The notes beneath the pieces were generated by a model. The model was given only the letters and a program-made list of their open reading frames with translations, made no database searches and was not told where the DNA came from. From positions 10,845,142 through 10,909,141 of the forward strand of contig CM119271.1 in the NCBI GenBank assembly GCA_051294375.1: a stretch of 64,000 nucleotides of DNA, given 5' to 3'. Made by a program: the position numbers and the translations under genes. Within the stretch, counting starts at the first letter, position 1. Each line of letters starts with the position of its first letter. This document shows positions 1-18,454 of the stretch, one piece after another. Source of the stretch: Paraspadella gotoi. Lineage: Eukaryota > Animalia > Chaetognatha.

Positions 1-501
1 TACAGAAATGGATATTTATTTTTAAATAAATCAAATGGGTAAAAAGGCTGTAAAAGCTATCAAGCTCAATCAGTTAGAATTTTTAAATTAGTTTCTTTAC
101 TTTTTACTTATTTTTTTTAGAGAAAAACATTTTTTAACCTGTTCCTAAAGACAATAATACTGAATTTGTTCAGCCTATTCCTTGACCTTGGCTTATAAAT
201 TTTTTTTGCTCAGTCATGGCGAATTTTAAAAAAAGCGATGGTGAGCTTGCTTCGATACAAAAGTCAGTTCAATTCTGTTGTCGCTCATTATGGGACTTTT
301 TGAAAGACTTTATTAAATGCCGTATTATAATTTATTTACATGAAATGTTCAAAAGCTTCATAGTATTAATGTTTCCCTTTTGCGTCATCCGGGGTATTAA
401 TCAAAATGACTTTTAACAAAGTTGCTTAGCGAAGATTCACATTTAACAAATTGAAATTTCAAATCGTCAACTCGGAACTTTAAACAGTTCCATTTGCTTA
501 C

Positions 502-674
502 TTGTCGTAAATGAGATGAACCTCGGTGGCCCCAGCGTCGTCGGCATTTTGGACGAGCTCCTTGGGGATGGCCAGACCGTCCGAGTATTCCTCGAGCAGT
601 CGATTGATTCTTTGCGTGAGGGGTTCGGACTGGCCGCCGATCTCGATGTCGACGTCGTCCTCAAAGTCTGACAT
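502..674 (-). CDS. SACS: Sacsin-like protein, first coding exon (N-terminal SRR / HSP90-like ATPase region); the gene continues beyond the left edge
   Basis: Minus-strand translation from ATG at 674: MSDFEDDVDIEIGGQSEPLTQRINRLLEEYSDGLAIPKELVQNADDAGATEVHLIYDK. This matches the sacsin repeat signature GQxEPLTxRxxxxLxxY...KELxQNADDAGAxEV. GTAAG donor at 501-497 and CAG acceptor at 695-693. Not in the ORF track in this frame. Confidence 0.85.
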
Positions 675-1190
675 GACGTCCGATCACGCCATCTGTGTTT
701 GATGAACGAATTAATATTGAATATATATTTATGTTGAAAAAGATTTAACGAAGGGATTTAAGATTGAAGATTTAAGATATCATCAACGGGAATGGACCTA
801 TTAACGGACTTGGTTGGACTAGTGATGTGATTGCTCGTCTCCTTCACGAATCATCAGAATGCCGACGAATCACAGACCTCACTACAACCTTAGAATGACC
901 AATGACCGACAGAGGAACCGACGGAGGGATTGATGGTCAAAATTGCGAAGGGAACTCTCGGCATTCTTCCCGACATCCAAACTCAAGAAAGAACTCTTCT
1001 TCATTAAATTGTTTATATTTTGTCATCATGTCGTCTTTACCTATGTCATCACCCTAATCATTGTCCGTCGTTAATAAAACTATTGTCGACCAAATACTTT
1101 GCCACTTATTATTTACCCTAGTTATTTGACAAACAAACAAATTTTGTTTGACATTATTCTTTCATTTCGTTGTGTTTGAGATTTAACGAT

Positions 1191-1295
1191 AATTGGTTTT
1201 TGATGCAACAACGATTTTATTAATATAAACAGACATGAAGAGTCGAAACATGTCTGTTTATTTAAATAAAATCGTTGTTGCATCAAAAACCAATT
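1191..1295. repeat. ~47-bp-arm inverted repeat (hairpin), possibly a Penelope-like element terminus
   Basis: aattggtttttgatgcaacaacgattttatt...cagacatg / catgtctg...aataaaatcgttgttgcatcaaaaaccaatt, with an 11-nt loop aagagtcgaaa. Confidence 0.8.
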
Positions 1296-1537
1296 TTGAT
1301 TTAAGAGTTAACAAATTAATATTAACTATATTAATGTTAAAAAAGATTTAACGAAGATTTAGGAAATAAATATTAAATATATTAATGTTGAAAAAGATTT
1401 AATGAAGAGATTAAAGATAAACTCAAAGGTTTAAGATTTAACAAATTAAATATATTAATATTGATTGAAAGAAAAAGTGGAATTGGGAAACATTTAAAAA
1501 AATATATTGTTGTATGAAATTGGTACAACCAATATAA

Positions 1538-1773
1538 AAACAAGTTTGAGCAAACAATGTCGGATCTGCCTACGATAATTAATTAATTAATTAATTAATT
1601 AATCGATTAATTAATTAATTAATTAATTAATTTTAATATGTAATAATTAATTTTAAATTTATATTCAACTTATCATCATCGATGTCCTTAAAATTGGGTT
1701 AGGACAGTTATTAAATATGTTTTGTTTACATTTTATCAAAACAAACAAATATCCTCTATTTTATTTTATGTCT

Positions 1774-1843
<70 letters not shown>

Positions 1844-2344
1844 CTGCAATTGCGACGATCTTTATGCTTTTCAGATTTTTTTTAACTTGCATCATTTTTT
1901 CACATTAATTAATTAAAACATTTATTAGTAATCATTAATATTAAAGATTCAAGTAAATGTGACTTATGTTTTTTTCCATCTAAACTCATTTCCCCTGGCA
2001 CAATTTCGTCAATACTTTATATATTATTATATATTAATAAATATTTAAAAGCTTCAGTGCAACAACCCAATGAACTAATTCAAAAAGTTATATTGAAAAT
2101 CGATTTAGTAGTAAAAGAAAAAAAAAATTTAAAGAGAACTAGAAGTTATAAAAAGTGTTCAATTTTGGCCCGCCTTACTAGATATTAGGCCTTACTAGAT
2201 ATATTGCATGTGATTAAACAATGTTATCAGAATAATAATTTATCAATTTTATGTATTTTGTAAGTATTTTAAGTATTTTTATTCAGTGAGTAAAATAACA
2301 ACTTTTTTATTCGCTAATTTTTATATCGGACTCTCTCTCTTCTA

Positions 2345-2384
<40 letters not shown>

Positions 2385-2413
2385 AAATTGCGACGATCCT
2401 TATGCTCATTTTA

Positions 2414-2491
<78 letters not shown>

Positions 2492-4390
2492 AATTGCGAC
2501 GATCCTTATGCTTTTAGGATTTTTTAAACTTGTATCATTTTTCTGCTTCAAGTAAATGTGACTTATTTTTTTTTTCATTTAAACTCATTTCCACTGGCAC
2601 AATTCCGTCAAAACTTTATATCTAGCTTTTTCACACACTTTCCTACCCGCTCACAAAATTTCATCTCAATCTATTATGGGTTAAAATAAGTAAAAAGATT
2701 CAAGTAAATGTGACTCATATTTTTTTCATTTAAACTCATTTCCACTCGTACGTTTCCACCGAAACTTTATATCAAGCATCGATACACATTTTTCTACCCA
2801 CACCAAAAAATTTGAACTCAATCTATCCATCCAATTATGATTAATTAGAGTACTTATTGGTTTAAAATAAGTAAAAAGATTTTAGTAAATGCGACTTATG
2901 TTTTTTTCCACTTAAACTCATTTCCACTCACACGATTCTCGTGAAACTTTTATATCCAGCTTTATCACACACTTTCCTACCCACACACAAAATTTCATTT
3001 CAATCCAACCAGCCAATCACGAGTTATTGGAGCTTTTTGCTAAGGTGGGACGGATGGACGGATTGATTGACTGATTAATTAATTATTGATTAATTAATTG
3101 ACTAATTGATTAATTAACTGATTAATTATTTGAACTTATTAATACATCCTGCATATACATTTAATATAAAAAGGAAAAAGAAGCATAATCAATTAGTGAA
3201 ACAGGTTTTTTGTTTTTTCCATTTAAACTCATTTCCACTCAAAAGATTCCATCGAAACTTGGTTTCCTGTTCAATCACACACTTTTCTACTCACATACAA
3301 AATTCCAGGTCAATCATAATTAAGTGGTAATAAGCTATCTTGGTCAACTTGCATAATTTAATCAACTTGCATAATTTGGTCAACTGACATAATTTGGTTA
3401 ACTGACATAATTTGGTCTACTGACATAATTTGGTCAACTGACATAATTTGGTCAACTGACATAATTTGATCAATTAAGATAATTTGGTCAACCGGCATAA
3501 TTTGGTTAACTGGCATAATTTTATCAACTAGCCTAATTTGGTCAACAGGCATAATTTGGTCAACTTGCAAAACTTGATTAACTTGCAGAATTTGGTCAAC
3601 TGGCATAATTTGGTCAATTAGCATAATTTGGTCAATCAATCAATCAATCAATCAGAGAGAGAGAGAGAGAAACTTTAAAAAATTCAAATAAATGTGTCTT
3701 TTGGTTTTCTAATTTGAACTCTTTTCCACTCCTACGATTCCATCAAAAAATTTTTATCCAGCTTTATCAACATACTTTCCTACCCACACACAAAATTCAA
3801 TTTAGATTTATCTATCCAATTTTTAATAAACAAAATAATTATGAGTAAATTTAAGTAAAAATACTTCAAGTAAATATGACTTTTGTTTTTTCCATTTTAA
3901 CTCATTTCCACTCGCACGATTCCATCGAAACTTTATATCCGGCTCAATCACACCACTTTCCTACCATCATACAAAATTTAAAGTCAATTGCACTATCCAC
4001 TCATGAGCAATTGGCGTTCAAATAGTGAAATATATTTTTTTTGTTTTTTTCCATTTAAACCAATTTCCACTCGCACGATTCCCTCGAAACTTCATATCCA
4101 TCTCAATCACACAGTTTCCTACCCACACACAAAATTTCATACCAATCCATCCATCCAATCACGGGTAATTGGAGTTTTTTGCTAAGGTGGCGGACGGACG
4201 GACGGACGGACGGACGGACGGGGACGGACGGACGGACGGACGGACATCATTTTTTTTGCATAATTTATCATAATTCGATGTTCTGACATGATATAAGTGT
4301 GTGCCCGACAATATTGAGGGGGCGGACCGACGGACCGAAAAAGTGAGTTATAGAGTCGGATCTGCTGATAAGCAGATCCGACTAAAAAAA
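1538..4390 (+). mobile_element. Non-autonomous Helentron/HINE-like element with internal subrepeats and microsatellites
   Basis: The 5' end is aacaagtttgagcaaacaatgtcggatctgcc. The 3' end has (GACG)n followed by the stem-loop agtcggatctgct-gata-agcagatccgact and an A-run. gtcggatctgc occurs at both ends. Degenerate internal units (taaactcatttccactc...ttcctacccacacacaaaatttca) recur about 8 times. It interrupts another repeat without a TSD. Inverted partial copies lie at ~15390-15618 and ~44195-44830. Confidence 0.7.
3340..3634. repeat. 18-bp minisatellite (caactgacataatttggt)n, about 16 copies
   Basis: Directly visible tandem units. It explains the VDQIMS-repeat ORF 3358-3639. Confidence 0.9.
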
Positions 4391-5004
4391 TTACCCATTC
4401 ATAATTTAATATAATAAACGAGCTATCTTGCCCCTTTATTTTAAATCACAAACCTGCGAAAAAAGGTTGTAAAATTCCAAAATTATGGGACAGTCTGTAG
4501 CGAATCGTGCGATGAGACAAAGAAAGTGAATTTCGATACTTAGAAAAAACTCCCGCCAAAACCGGATCCCGCATGTATTGCTACAATTCCGAGAAATTAG
4601 AGCATTTCTGGTAAATGTTGAGCGACCAAACTGGTTTGATCGTTTCCCGCTTCCAGCGTCGTGTTTGGTCATTTCGGTGTCTCGGACGATGATGGGCGCG
4701 ATGTCAGGGCGTTGGCTTGAATCGGATTGGCTCGGATTGAAAAAAAAAAAAAAAGACCAAAGACAACTTTTCATTTTAAATTAAGATTTAATTAAACTCA
4801 ATTAAACTCAATTTACATTTCTTTGTCTCTTTACAACCAACTTACAATTGCATTAACCTTTGTTTCGCCAGAATATTTAAATTGTTCTCCTAATTCTTTC
4901 TCTCTTTCAGAAAAATAAAAAACAAGGAACGGTTATTCCAAGGTGTTGCGCCGCATTACTTTTCTTTTTACTTATAATGTCATTTGTTCCTTAAGGTTTA
5001 TAAG

Positions 5005-5200
5005 ATTTCTTTAAAAACAAAAGGCGGCACCAGTAGTCGCTTAGATATGATTTTTAACAAATGAGCAACAAACTATAGGCAAGTTATAAGCTTTTAATAT
5101 AAGTGGACAGACCGACGGACAGACATACCGATGGACCGACCGACCGACCGAAAAGTGACTTATAGAGTTGCTCCGCGATTACTCGCGGCGCAACTAAAAA
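5005..5200 (+). mobile_element. Second short HINE-like family (GACC/GACA microsatellite plus 3' stem-loop)
   Basis: Ends aagtgacttatagagttgctccgcgattactcgcggcgcaactaaaaa (a hairpin). Related sequence occurs at ~60405-60570, ~60695-60860 and ~61090-61162, and inverted at ~12549-12620 and ~37893-37972. Confidence 0.6.
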
Positions 5201-5732
5201 AATTTAAACCGGAATAATAAAACAATTCAAGATTCGTATTTCGTAAAAATCCCGTTTGCGGTTTTGGTCTTTTGCGTGCGAAATGAAATCAATTAATCGG
5301 CTTGAAATGAAAATATAACTAGATATGTATATCTCAATTAAATTTTCCGATGACGATATATTCATAAATTTCTCTTATCTAGCGACGACGCTCGCTTCAG
5401 TTCTCGATTTTTAACCTCTAACGAATTAACGCCGTATTTCTGTTCTTTTATTTAAATTTAATATTATATGTTACACACTAATCATTAACCCTAATCGGTA
5501 ATCACTAACTCAGAATCCCTAACCCCACACTAAGCCCAACTCTTACCCTAAACCTCATTATAAAAAAAGTGCCTTATTATCATTCAAATGAATATCGGGG
5601 CGCTTGTGGTAAAATATGGCCGAATTTGAACCGAGAATCTCGGGATTTGGAAAAGTCGGGAAAAGGAAAGGCGGATGAGGGGGGCGCGGATGGGGGAGGT
5701 CGGTGGACCGGTGGGGTACATCATTATATCAC

Positions 5733-6328
5733 TAAGCGTAGTGGAAAGTTACATACGAAAATCTAAAAGTCATTATGACAACATACCATCAGTGAACATT
5801 AATTTGTAAAAAAAATTAATTTTATGTTTTTTTAATTTTCACAGTAGGCTATATTTATATATAGTACTATCCTTATAAAATCGAAAAATTTCAAAATAGC
5901 TTTCTTAATTGATTGGAGATTTGAATTCCATCTGTCAAGAAGTTGATAAAAGAAAATATAAATCATTTTTAAAAATTCTTTCATTAAGTGGGTTAAAAAT
6001 TAAAAACCTATATTTAATACCATAAAAAGGTAATTTTCAGCTTAAAATATAGCTTTTTTCTAATTTTTGACCCACTAATGAAGGATTTTCAAAAAGAGTT
6101 ATATTTTTTTTTATCACTTTTTATGACGAATCCAAATCTGCAAAAAATTTTAGAAAAAACTGTTTGAAATTTACATTTACTTGTTTAGTACTAGTATAAA
6201 TATGGCTTACTGCATAAGTTGTAAAATTATTAAAATTTTTTTATTACATAAATGTTTATTAGTATAATGTTGTCGTTCCTCACTTTTAGAATTTTAATTA
6301 AAGTTAATTAGAAATTTACTACGCCTTA
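5733..6328. mobile_element. ~600-bp fold-back MITE, TA-flanked (Tc1/mariner-type target)
   Basis: Termini ta-agcgtagt ... actacgcct-ta. The two halves are degenerate reverse complements along most of the length. A second copy lies at 18455-19135. Confidence 0.75.
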
Positions 6329-6506
6329 TATGCACCCTATTTTGGCGTTACAATGAATAATATTATATAATACAAAATACGAATCGATTAGAACGAGAAG
6401 AAGGAGACAGCGGTCGAATTATCCTTCCGAGTTTAAACGATAAATTCTGCCGGTGGATGACAGGACAATAGAAGGAAAAGATAAGAGCGAGAGAAGAGAG
6501 AGAGAG

Positions 6507-6557
<51 letters not shown>

Positions 6558-6595
6558 GAGAGAGAGAGCGAAGAGAGAGAAAACAAAATATTCGA

Positions 6596-6708
6596 CCCTC
6601 TCAAACCCAAAGGTCCTTCTTGCCCGGTGGCCGCCTCGGCAGTTGAGAAGGACGGGTCGCTTAACCCGCCTGTAGACCTGTAGCCTGATCCGAAGCTCAG
6701 AGACTGAG
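6596..6708 (+). mobile_element. Truncated copy of a SINE-like repeat
   Basis: Shares ggacggg(t/g)cgcttaac(c/t)cgcctgt...agcctgatccgaag(c/a)tcag(a/g)gactg with 40213-40362. Confidence 0.55.
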
Positions 6709-6860
6709 AATTTATAAACCGTTAATTCATTAATTCATAACAATGATTAACTGAAAACTTTTTTTTTCGATTTCAAAGTTAAATTTTAGAGCGACATTGA
6801 CGCCTCGAAACCACACCTCTCTCCTCTCTCTCTTCTCTCTCTCTCTCTCTCTCTTCTCTC

Positions 6861-6915
<55 letters not shown>

Positions 6916-7552
6916 GCTCTCTCTCTGCCAGTCAATAATATTCGTTGGAACAAACAATAACTCAGCAACAAACAGTAAGTCACTCGATCATCAATCAATC
7001 AATCAATCAGTTACGTAGCTTAAAAGCGTTTTTAGATTATCAAGATGAGAAATTGGTACAACAATATTATTAATACTATTATAACGAATGATTTAATAGC
7101 TGTGATCTNNNNNNNNNNNNNNNNNNNNNNNNNNNNNNNNNNNNNNNNNNNNNNNNNNNNNNNNNNNNNNNNNNNNNNNNNNNNNNNNNNNNNNNNNNNN
7201 NNNNNNNNNNNNNNNNNNNNNNNNNNNNNNNNNNNNNNNNNNNNNNNNNNNNNNNNNNNNNNNNNNNNNNNNNNNNNNNNNNNNNNNNNNTTCCGCACTC
7301 GATAACACGTCTCAACCTAATCGCGTAACTGACATCTGAACTAAACAATAGGTTCACCCGGTTATGTGAATTATAACTCGCATGGTCCAAAAAATGAATT
7401 CACGATTCCAAAGAAAAATCAAAATTGCGGTTCCAGTGGACGCGGAAACAAATGAACTTCGCGTTTTTCAATTTCAAAAAAATTGTATGTTAAGTATTAT
7501 TTATAGGAACTGATACTGATAGGATACTGAACTGAACTGAACTGATAGGAAA

Positions 7553-7732
7553 GCCAGGTACTCTCGGAGTGAATAAACAAGATCGGATTGAAAGCTTGCA
7601 GGGACCTGCCATGTCATTATCCTGTTAAAGTTCTGGAGGCCTTAAACTACCATAGCTCGTACAAAAACATGGTCAAAATAGCTTGTTTATTGAATAAATG
7701 GAATATCTTATATTGGTCGTACCAATTTCATA
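7553..7732 (-). mobile_element. Dispersed ~180-bp repeat family (tatgaaattggtacaacc...gcaagctttcaatc)
   Basis: Reverse-complement similarity to 41027-41185. Other copies lie at ~33548-33660 (+), ~34524-34695 (-) and ~36480-36658 (-), plus a split copy at 1513-1540 / 4391-4433. Confidence 0.7.
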
Positions 7733-8360
7733 ACATTTTGGATCCAATAGTGAACCGCTGGGGTCCCTTATCTCCCGCGCTTAACGCAAACTTTAATCTG
7801 TCTGCGAAAGGTTTTAATCTCGAAAGTCACTCCTTAAAATTTCGACGACATTCGAAGTTCGGTTCCAACCCAGGTAAGCGATTTTCAAAATCGTTTTAAT
7901 TTGAATATTTAAATAGTTTGTATGTCATAATTTGAGAGTAGCAAACAAAAATTATTAGACTCAAGTCTTTATTTTTTTTTTTAAATTCTGTGTGGAAGTT
8001 GAAAAATTACTTGTTCAACTATACTAGTTTCTATATAATAATTACGAAATTCAAGATTTATTCATTTGAGAAAATTGTATTCATACTGAGAATGTCATTT
8101 TCCCAAAATGTGATGAGTTTTGTAATTCAATTTCGATTAAATTTCAATTCCTTTAAACGTTAGTGTCTTTTGTTTTTGTTGAATTTGAATAGTTTAGTTT
8201 TTACTTGTTTACCGTTTTCTAGTCTTTTACACTGATACTGTTTCTGATTTTGTCAATACTGTTTTTGGTATTAATAACAAAAAAATTCACCAAATTCCAA
8301 ATTTCAGTCGACTCCTTCACATTTCGTCTTCGGTGAAAAAAAAAGAGACACGAATTCACA

Positions 8361-8780
8361 ATGCGCGGACCTAACGGAAACTACACCATCACCAACATTC
8401 ATTTCGGAAATCACCTCAAGGTGACGCCACTTGTCTCTACCCGCGAAGTGCGACGAAAAAATCAAACAAAAGGNNNNNNNNNNAACAAAACCACATCTAA
8501 CGGTTTTAATATCTTACCCACTTTAGGCGGCGGGCCGCGAGGACGACGATGGCGACAGGCAAACCTACGGGAACAATCCCGGAAACGCCGTTGAGGAGAG
8601 GTGCTTGTGATTGGTGACTTGTGATTGGTTACTTGTGATTGGTGACTTCATTCCTATCCGTGATGTCCGTCTGTCTGTGTGTATGATCATGGTAAAATCT
8701 TTGAACTTGGAGAACAATTTATGAAGACCCTTTTCATTTTTCGAACCTCATCTTCGCCTCCCTCTGTCTGTTTGTCTGCC

Positions 8781-8836
<56 letters not shown>

Positions 8837-9123
8837 TAGATGCGTCTGGAGGATTCATCCCGGTCCCAACGGAAGATTTCAAGTCTCCAACAACGGCTAC
8901 GGGGGAATGCTGATGCTCAGCGAAGCCTTAGGTTTAAAAAAAAATTAAACAATTAAAATGATATCTTAATAATCAATCAATATCTCAATCAAATAATTAA
9001 CCATTAACCAATTAGTATAAATTTATATAAAATATATAAATAAATAAATTAATTAAAAAATTAAATATATGAATAATAAATTAAATAAATTAACGAATAA
9101 AAAGGTTAAATATAAACAAATTC

Positions 9124-9164
<41 letters not shown>

Positions 9165-10081
9165 CCAATCAATCAATCAATCACCCCTTCCTCTTAACCC
9201 TCTCAAAGACGACGATGGCGACCGTTGCCTCTACAGCAGCGAGCGAGACTGCGGCAACCGATTCGAGTGGGAGATCTCTCCAGTCGCTGGTGAAGACGGA
9301 GTTTTCACTTTCAGAAATCCCCATAGCAACAACTATCTCAAGGTCGGGACTCTTTGGTTTGACCCGAACTCTTTTGTCCTGACCCATTTTTTTTTGATGA
9401 CCTATTTATGCTGTTGAAGCCAAGTATATACTTTGATAGTTTTAATATATGTACGTAGACTGCGAGAGAATCTTTATTCCAAAAAGCTCGATGACTTCCT
9501 CGTATTAAATTTTATGGCCAATATAAAGATTATTTATTCAAGTAATAAATAGGCTATCTTGTAAAGATATAAATATATAATGATATAAAGATATAAAGAT
9601 TATTCATTCAAGTAATAAATAGCCTATCTTGCCCCTCGACTTTGGACAGGCTATGCCGGCGAGGCAAGCTTTTAATTAAGATTAAGGCAAGCTTTTAATT
9701 AAGATTAAGGCAAGCTTTTAATTAAGATTAAGGCAAGCTTTTAATTAAGATTAAGGCAAGCTTTTAATTAAGATTCTCTCACAGTCTTGTTTACTTTCAG
9801 AGTACCTGGCTTTCGAATTAATGAAGTGGTATAATCATATTAATATTAATATTTTCGTGAATTGATTCAATCTTACGAAATTTTTATCATCCTTGTGTCA
9901 TCATTGTGTCTTTGACAATGCGATTGTCGATCTCACAACGTGATAATAGTAATGAATAATAATAATAATAATTAATTAATAAACAAAAATAATCTTTCTC
10001 AACTCCTCTTTCAGTTGTCATGGAACGAAGACGAAGACGCGGACCGGACCGTCCACGGCAACGGTTCCGACAAAGGGATCG
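8361..10081 (+). CDS. Small beta-trefoil protein resembling the C-terminal domain of lepidopteran 30K lipoproteins; 3' end lost in a gap
   Basis: Phase-compatible GT-AG exons 8361-8420, 8527-8600, 8840-8931, 9209-9342 and 10015 to >10081 give MRGPNGNYTITNIHFGNHLKAAGREDDDGDRQTYGNNPGNAVEERCVWRIHPGPNGRFQVSNNGYGGMLMLSEALDDDGDRCLYSSERDCGNRFEWEISPVAGEDGVFTFRNPHSNNYLKLSWNEDEDADRTVHGNGSDKGI... There are three ~48-aa repeats [YF]xxxN...L...DxD(G/A)DR...W(R/E)IxP. A probable 5'UTR exon ends at the GTAAG donor after 7873. Confidence 0.8.
9663..9775. repeat. 23-bp tandem repeat (ggcaagcttttaattaagattaa) x5, intronic
   Basis: Perfect tandem units are visible. Confidence 0.95.
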
Positions 10082-12306
10082 NNNNNNNNNNNNNNNNNNN
10101 NNNNNNNNNNNNNNNNNNNNNNNNNNNNNNNNNNNNNNNNNNNNNNNNNNNNNNNNNNNNNNNNNNNNNNNNNNNNNNNNNNNNNNNNNNNNNNNNNNNN
10201 NNNNNNNNNNNNNNNNNNNNNNNNNNNNNNNNNNNNNNNNNNNNNNNNNNNNNNNNNNNNNNNNNNNNNNNNNNNNNNNNNNNNNNNNNNNNNNNNNNNN
10301 NNNNNNNNNNNNNNNNNNNNNNNNNNNNNNNNNNNNNNNNNNNNNNNNNNNNNNNNNNNNNNNNNNNNNNNNNNNNNNNNNNNNNNNNNNNNNNNNNNNN
10401 NNNNNNNNNNNNNNAAGTGCTAATATTTTGATATTGTCTTCTCTGAAAAGCCAAAGCAACGTGAATAAAAAGTATTCGTAAATGTAACTTTTTGACTATG
10501 TTAAATGTAAATTTCTTTTAAAAACTTTCAATTCTATTTTATTTCTATTGTTTATTTTGAGGAAAAATAATAAAACCTCTAGTGTTTGACCAGAGACAAA
10601 TTAAGAAGAAAAAAAAATTATGTTTCGTCTTCTTAGGTTATTATGACTTATGACTTAACTCTTAAATTTTTGGAAATTTTTCTTGCGGTCAACACCGATC
10701 ATTCTCTTTAAAAACACGATCGAAATTTGCATTTTTTTTTCGATTAACAAAATGACAACTGGGTCGCCATTGATTAATATATCAAACCGTGTCCTTTTTC
10801 TTTGCTTTCTTTCTTCATTCATTCATTCATTCATTCATTCATTCATTCATTCATTCATTCATTCATTCATTCATTCATTCATTCATTCATTCATTCATTC
10901 ATTCATTCAATCCATCTTTTTCTTTCATTTTTTTAGAATTAAAACCAAAAACAGTATTGACAAAATTAGAAACAGTATCAGTGTAAAAGACTTTTCTTTT
11001 TTTTTCTTTCGTTTATAAATTCACTCATTCATTAATATTCTTTTTGANNNNNNNNNNNNNNNNNNNNNNNNNNNNNNNNNNNNNNNNNNNNNNNNNNNNN
11101 NNNNNNNNNNNNNNNNNNNNNNNNNNNNNNNNNNNNNNNNNNNNNNNNNNNNNNNNNNNNNNNNNNNNNNNNNNNNNNNNNNNNNNNNNNNNNNNNNNNN
11201 NNNNNNNNNNNNNNNNNNNNNNNNNNNNNNNNNNNNNNNNNNNNNNNNNNNNNNNNNNNNNNNNNNNNNNNNNNNNNNNNNNNNNNNNNNNNNNNNNNNN
11301 NNNNNNNNNNNNNNNNNNNNNNNNNNNNNNNNNNNNNNNNNNNNNNNNNNNNNNNNNNNNNNNNNNNNNNNNNNNNNNNNNCTCTTATCTTATCTTGTGT
11401 CGCCCACAAAGTCATTCTCAAAAATCTAGTTTTGACTTTTGGACTTTCCGCGCGTTGGAATTCTTTCGATATGAAAATTATAAACATTTCTATTTGTTAT
11501 CAAATATAAAAAGTTATTTAATTATTTAATCGTGATTAAATCATTTTATTACAAAACACCCTGATGAAAAGCTTCTCATATCCCTAGAGTCAAAACTAGA
11601 AGTTTCTCCCTCATATAGTTGATAAAATGGTACAACAAATATAAAATATTCAATTCATTAAATAAGCCCTCAATAAAGCTTATGCTTTGTAGATAATGAT
11701 AGAATAATATACACATTCAAATTGTAAGCAAATTCACTAAACTACTTGAATATTTTTATTTCAATTAATTTCAAAAACTTAATTAGCATTTAAAAAAAAA
11801 TCCTGCCTTTATCGAATTTTACTGACCTATCACATTAAGTGTCTCATGGGTATACTTTAAAGATTTATAGGTTTCAGAGATGGCACTTTTTTTGTTTCTT
11901 TTCAATCCTCTCTGCCTACCGTAAGTAAGAAATACCTCTTTAGACACCAACAGTTCTTACACTCTCATTTTAAGATCCAGAATCAATTTGGAATTCGAAC
12001 CCAAGTAGCGAAGTTTATTTTAAATTTTCAACGAACACAAAATCGATGAATGATTTTCAAAAGCAGAAATTTTCTCTAAAAAAAAAAACTTTTTAAAAGT
12101 TGATAAAGTCGCGGTAGAATTCGTCTATCTTAACTTAAAAAAAAAAAAACTATTCAACTAGAACATATAATTTCTTCTCAAAAAAAAAAGCCCAGAAAAT
12201 ATTATTAATATTTTTTAAATAAACGTTTCTAAATATCCAAACAGACCAAAAACGCTTTACCAAAACACAAAACGTTCATTTTAAAAACCAAAAAAAAAGT
12301 CCAAAC

Positions 12307-18430
<6,124 letters not shown>

Positions 18431-18454
18431 AAGAGGATACGATGGATGAGGTAT

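Noticed and set aside
3358-3639. VDQIMS-repeat ORF
   Set aside because: It is the translation of an 18-bp minisatellite inside a mobile element.
4436-4784. Overlapping ORFs of 112 and 68 aa
   Set aside because: No recognisable domain. It may be a 5' UTR exon of the sacsin-like gene, but I cannot support that.
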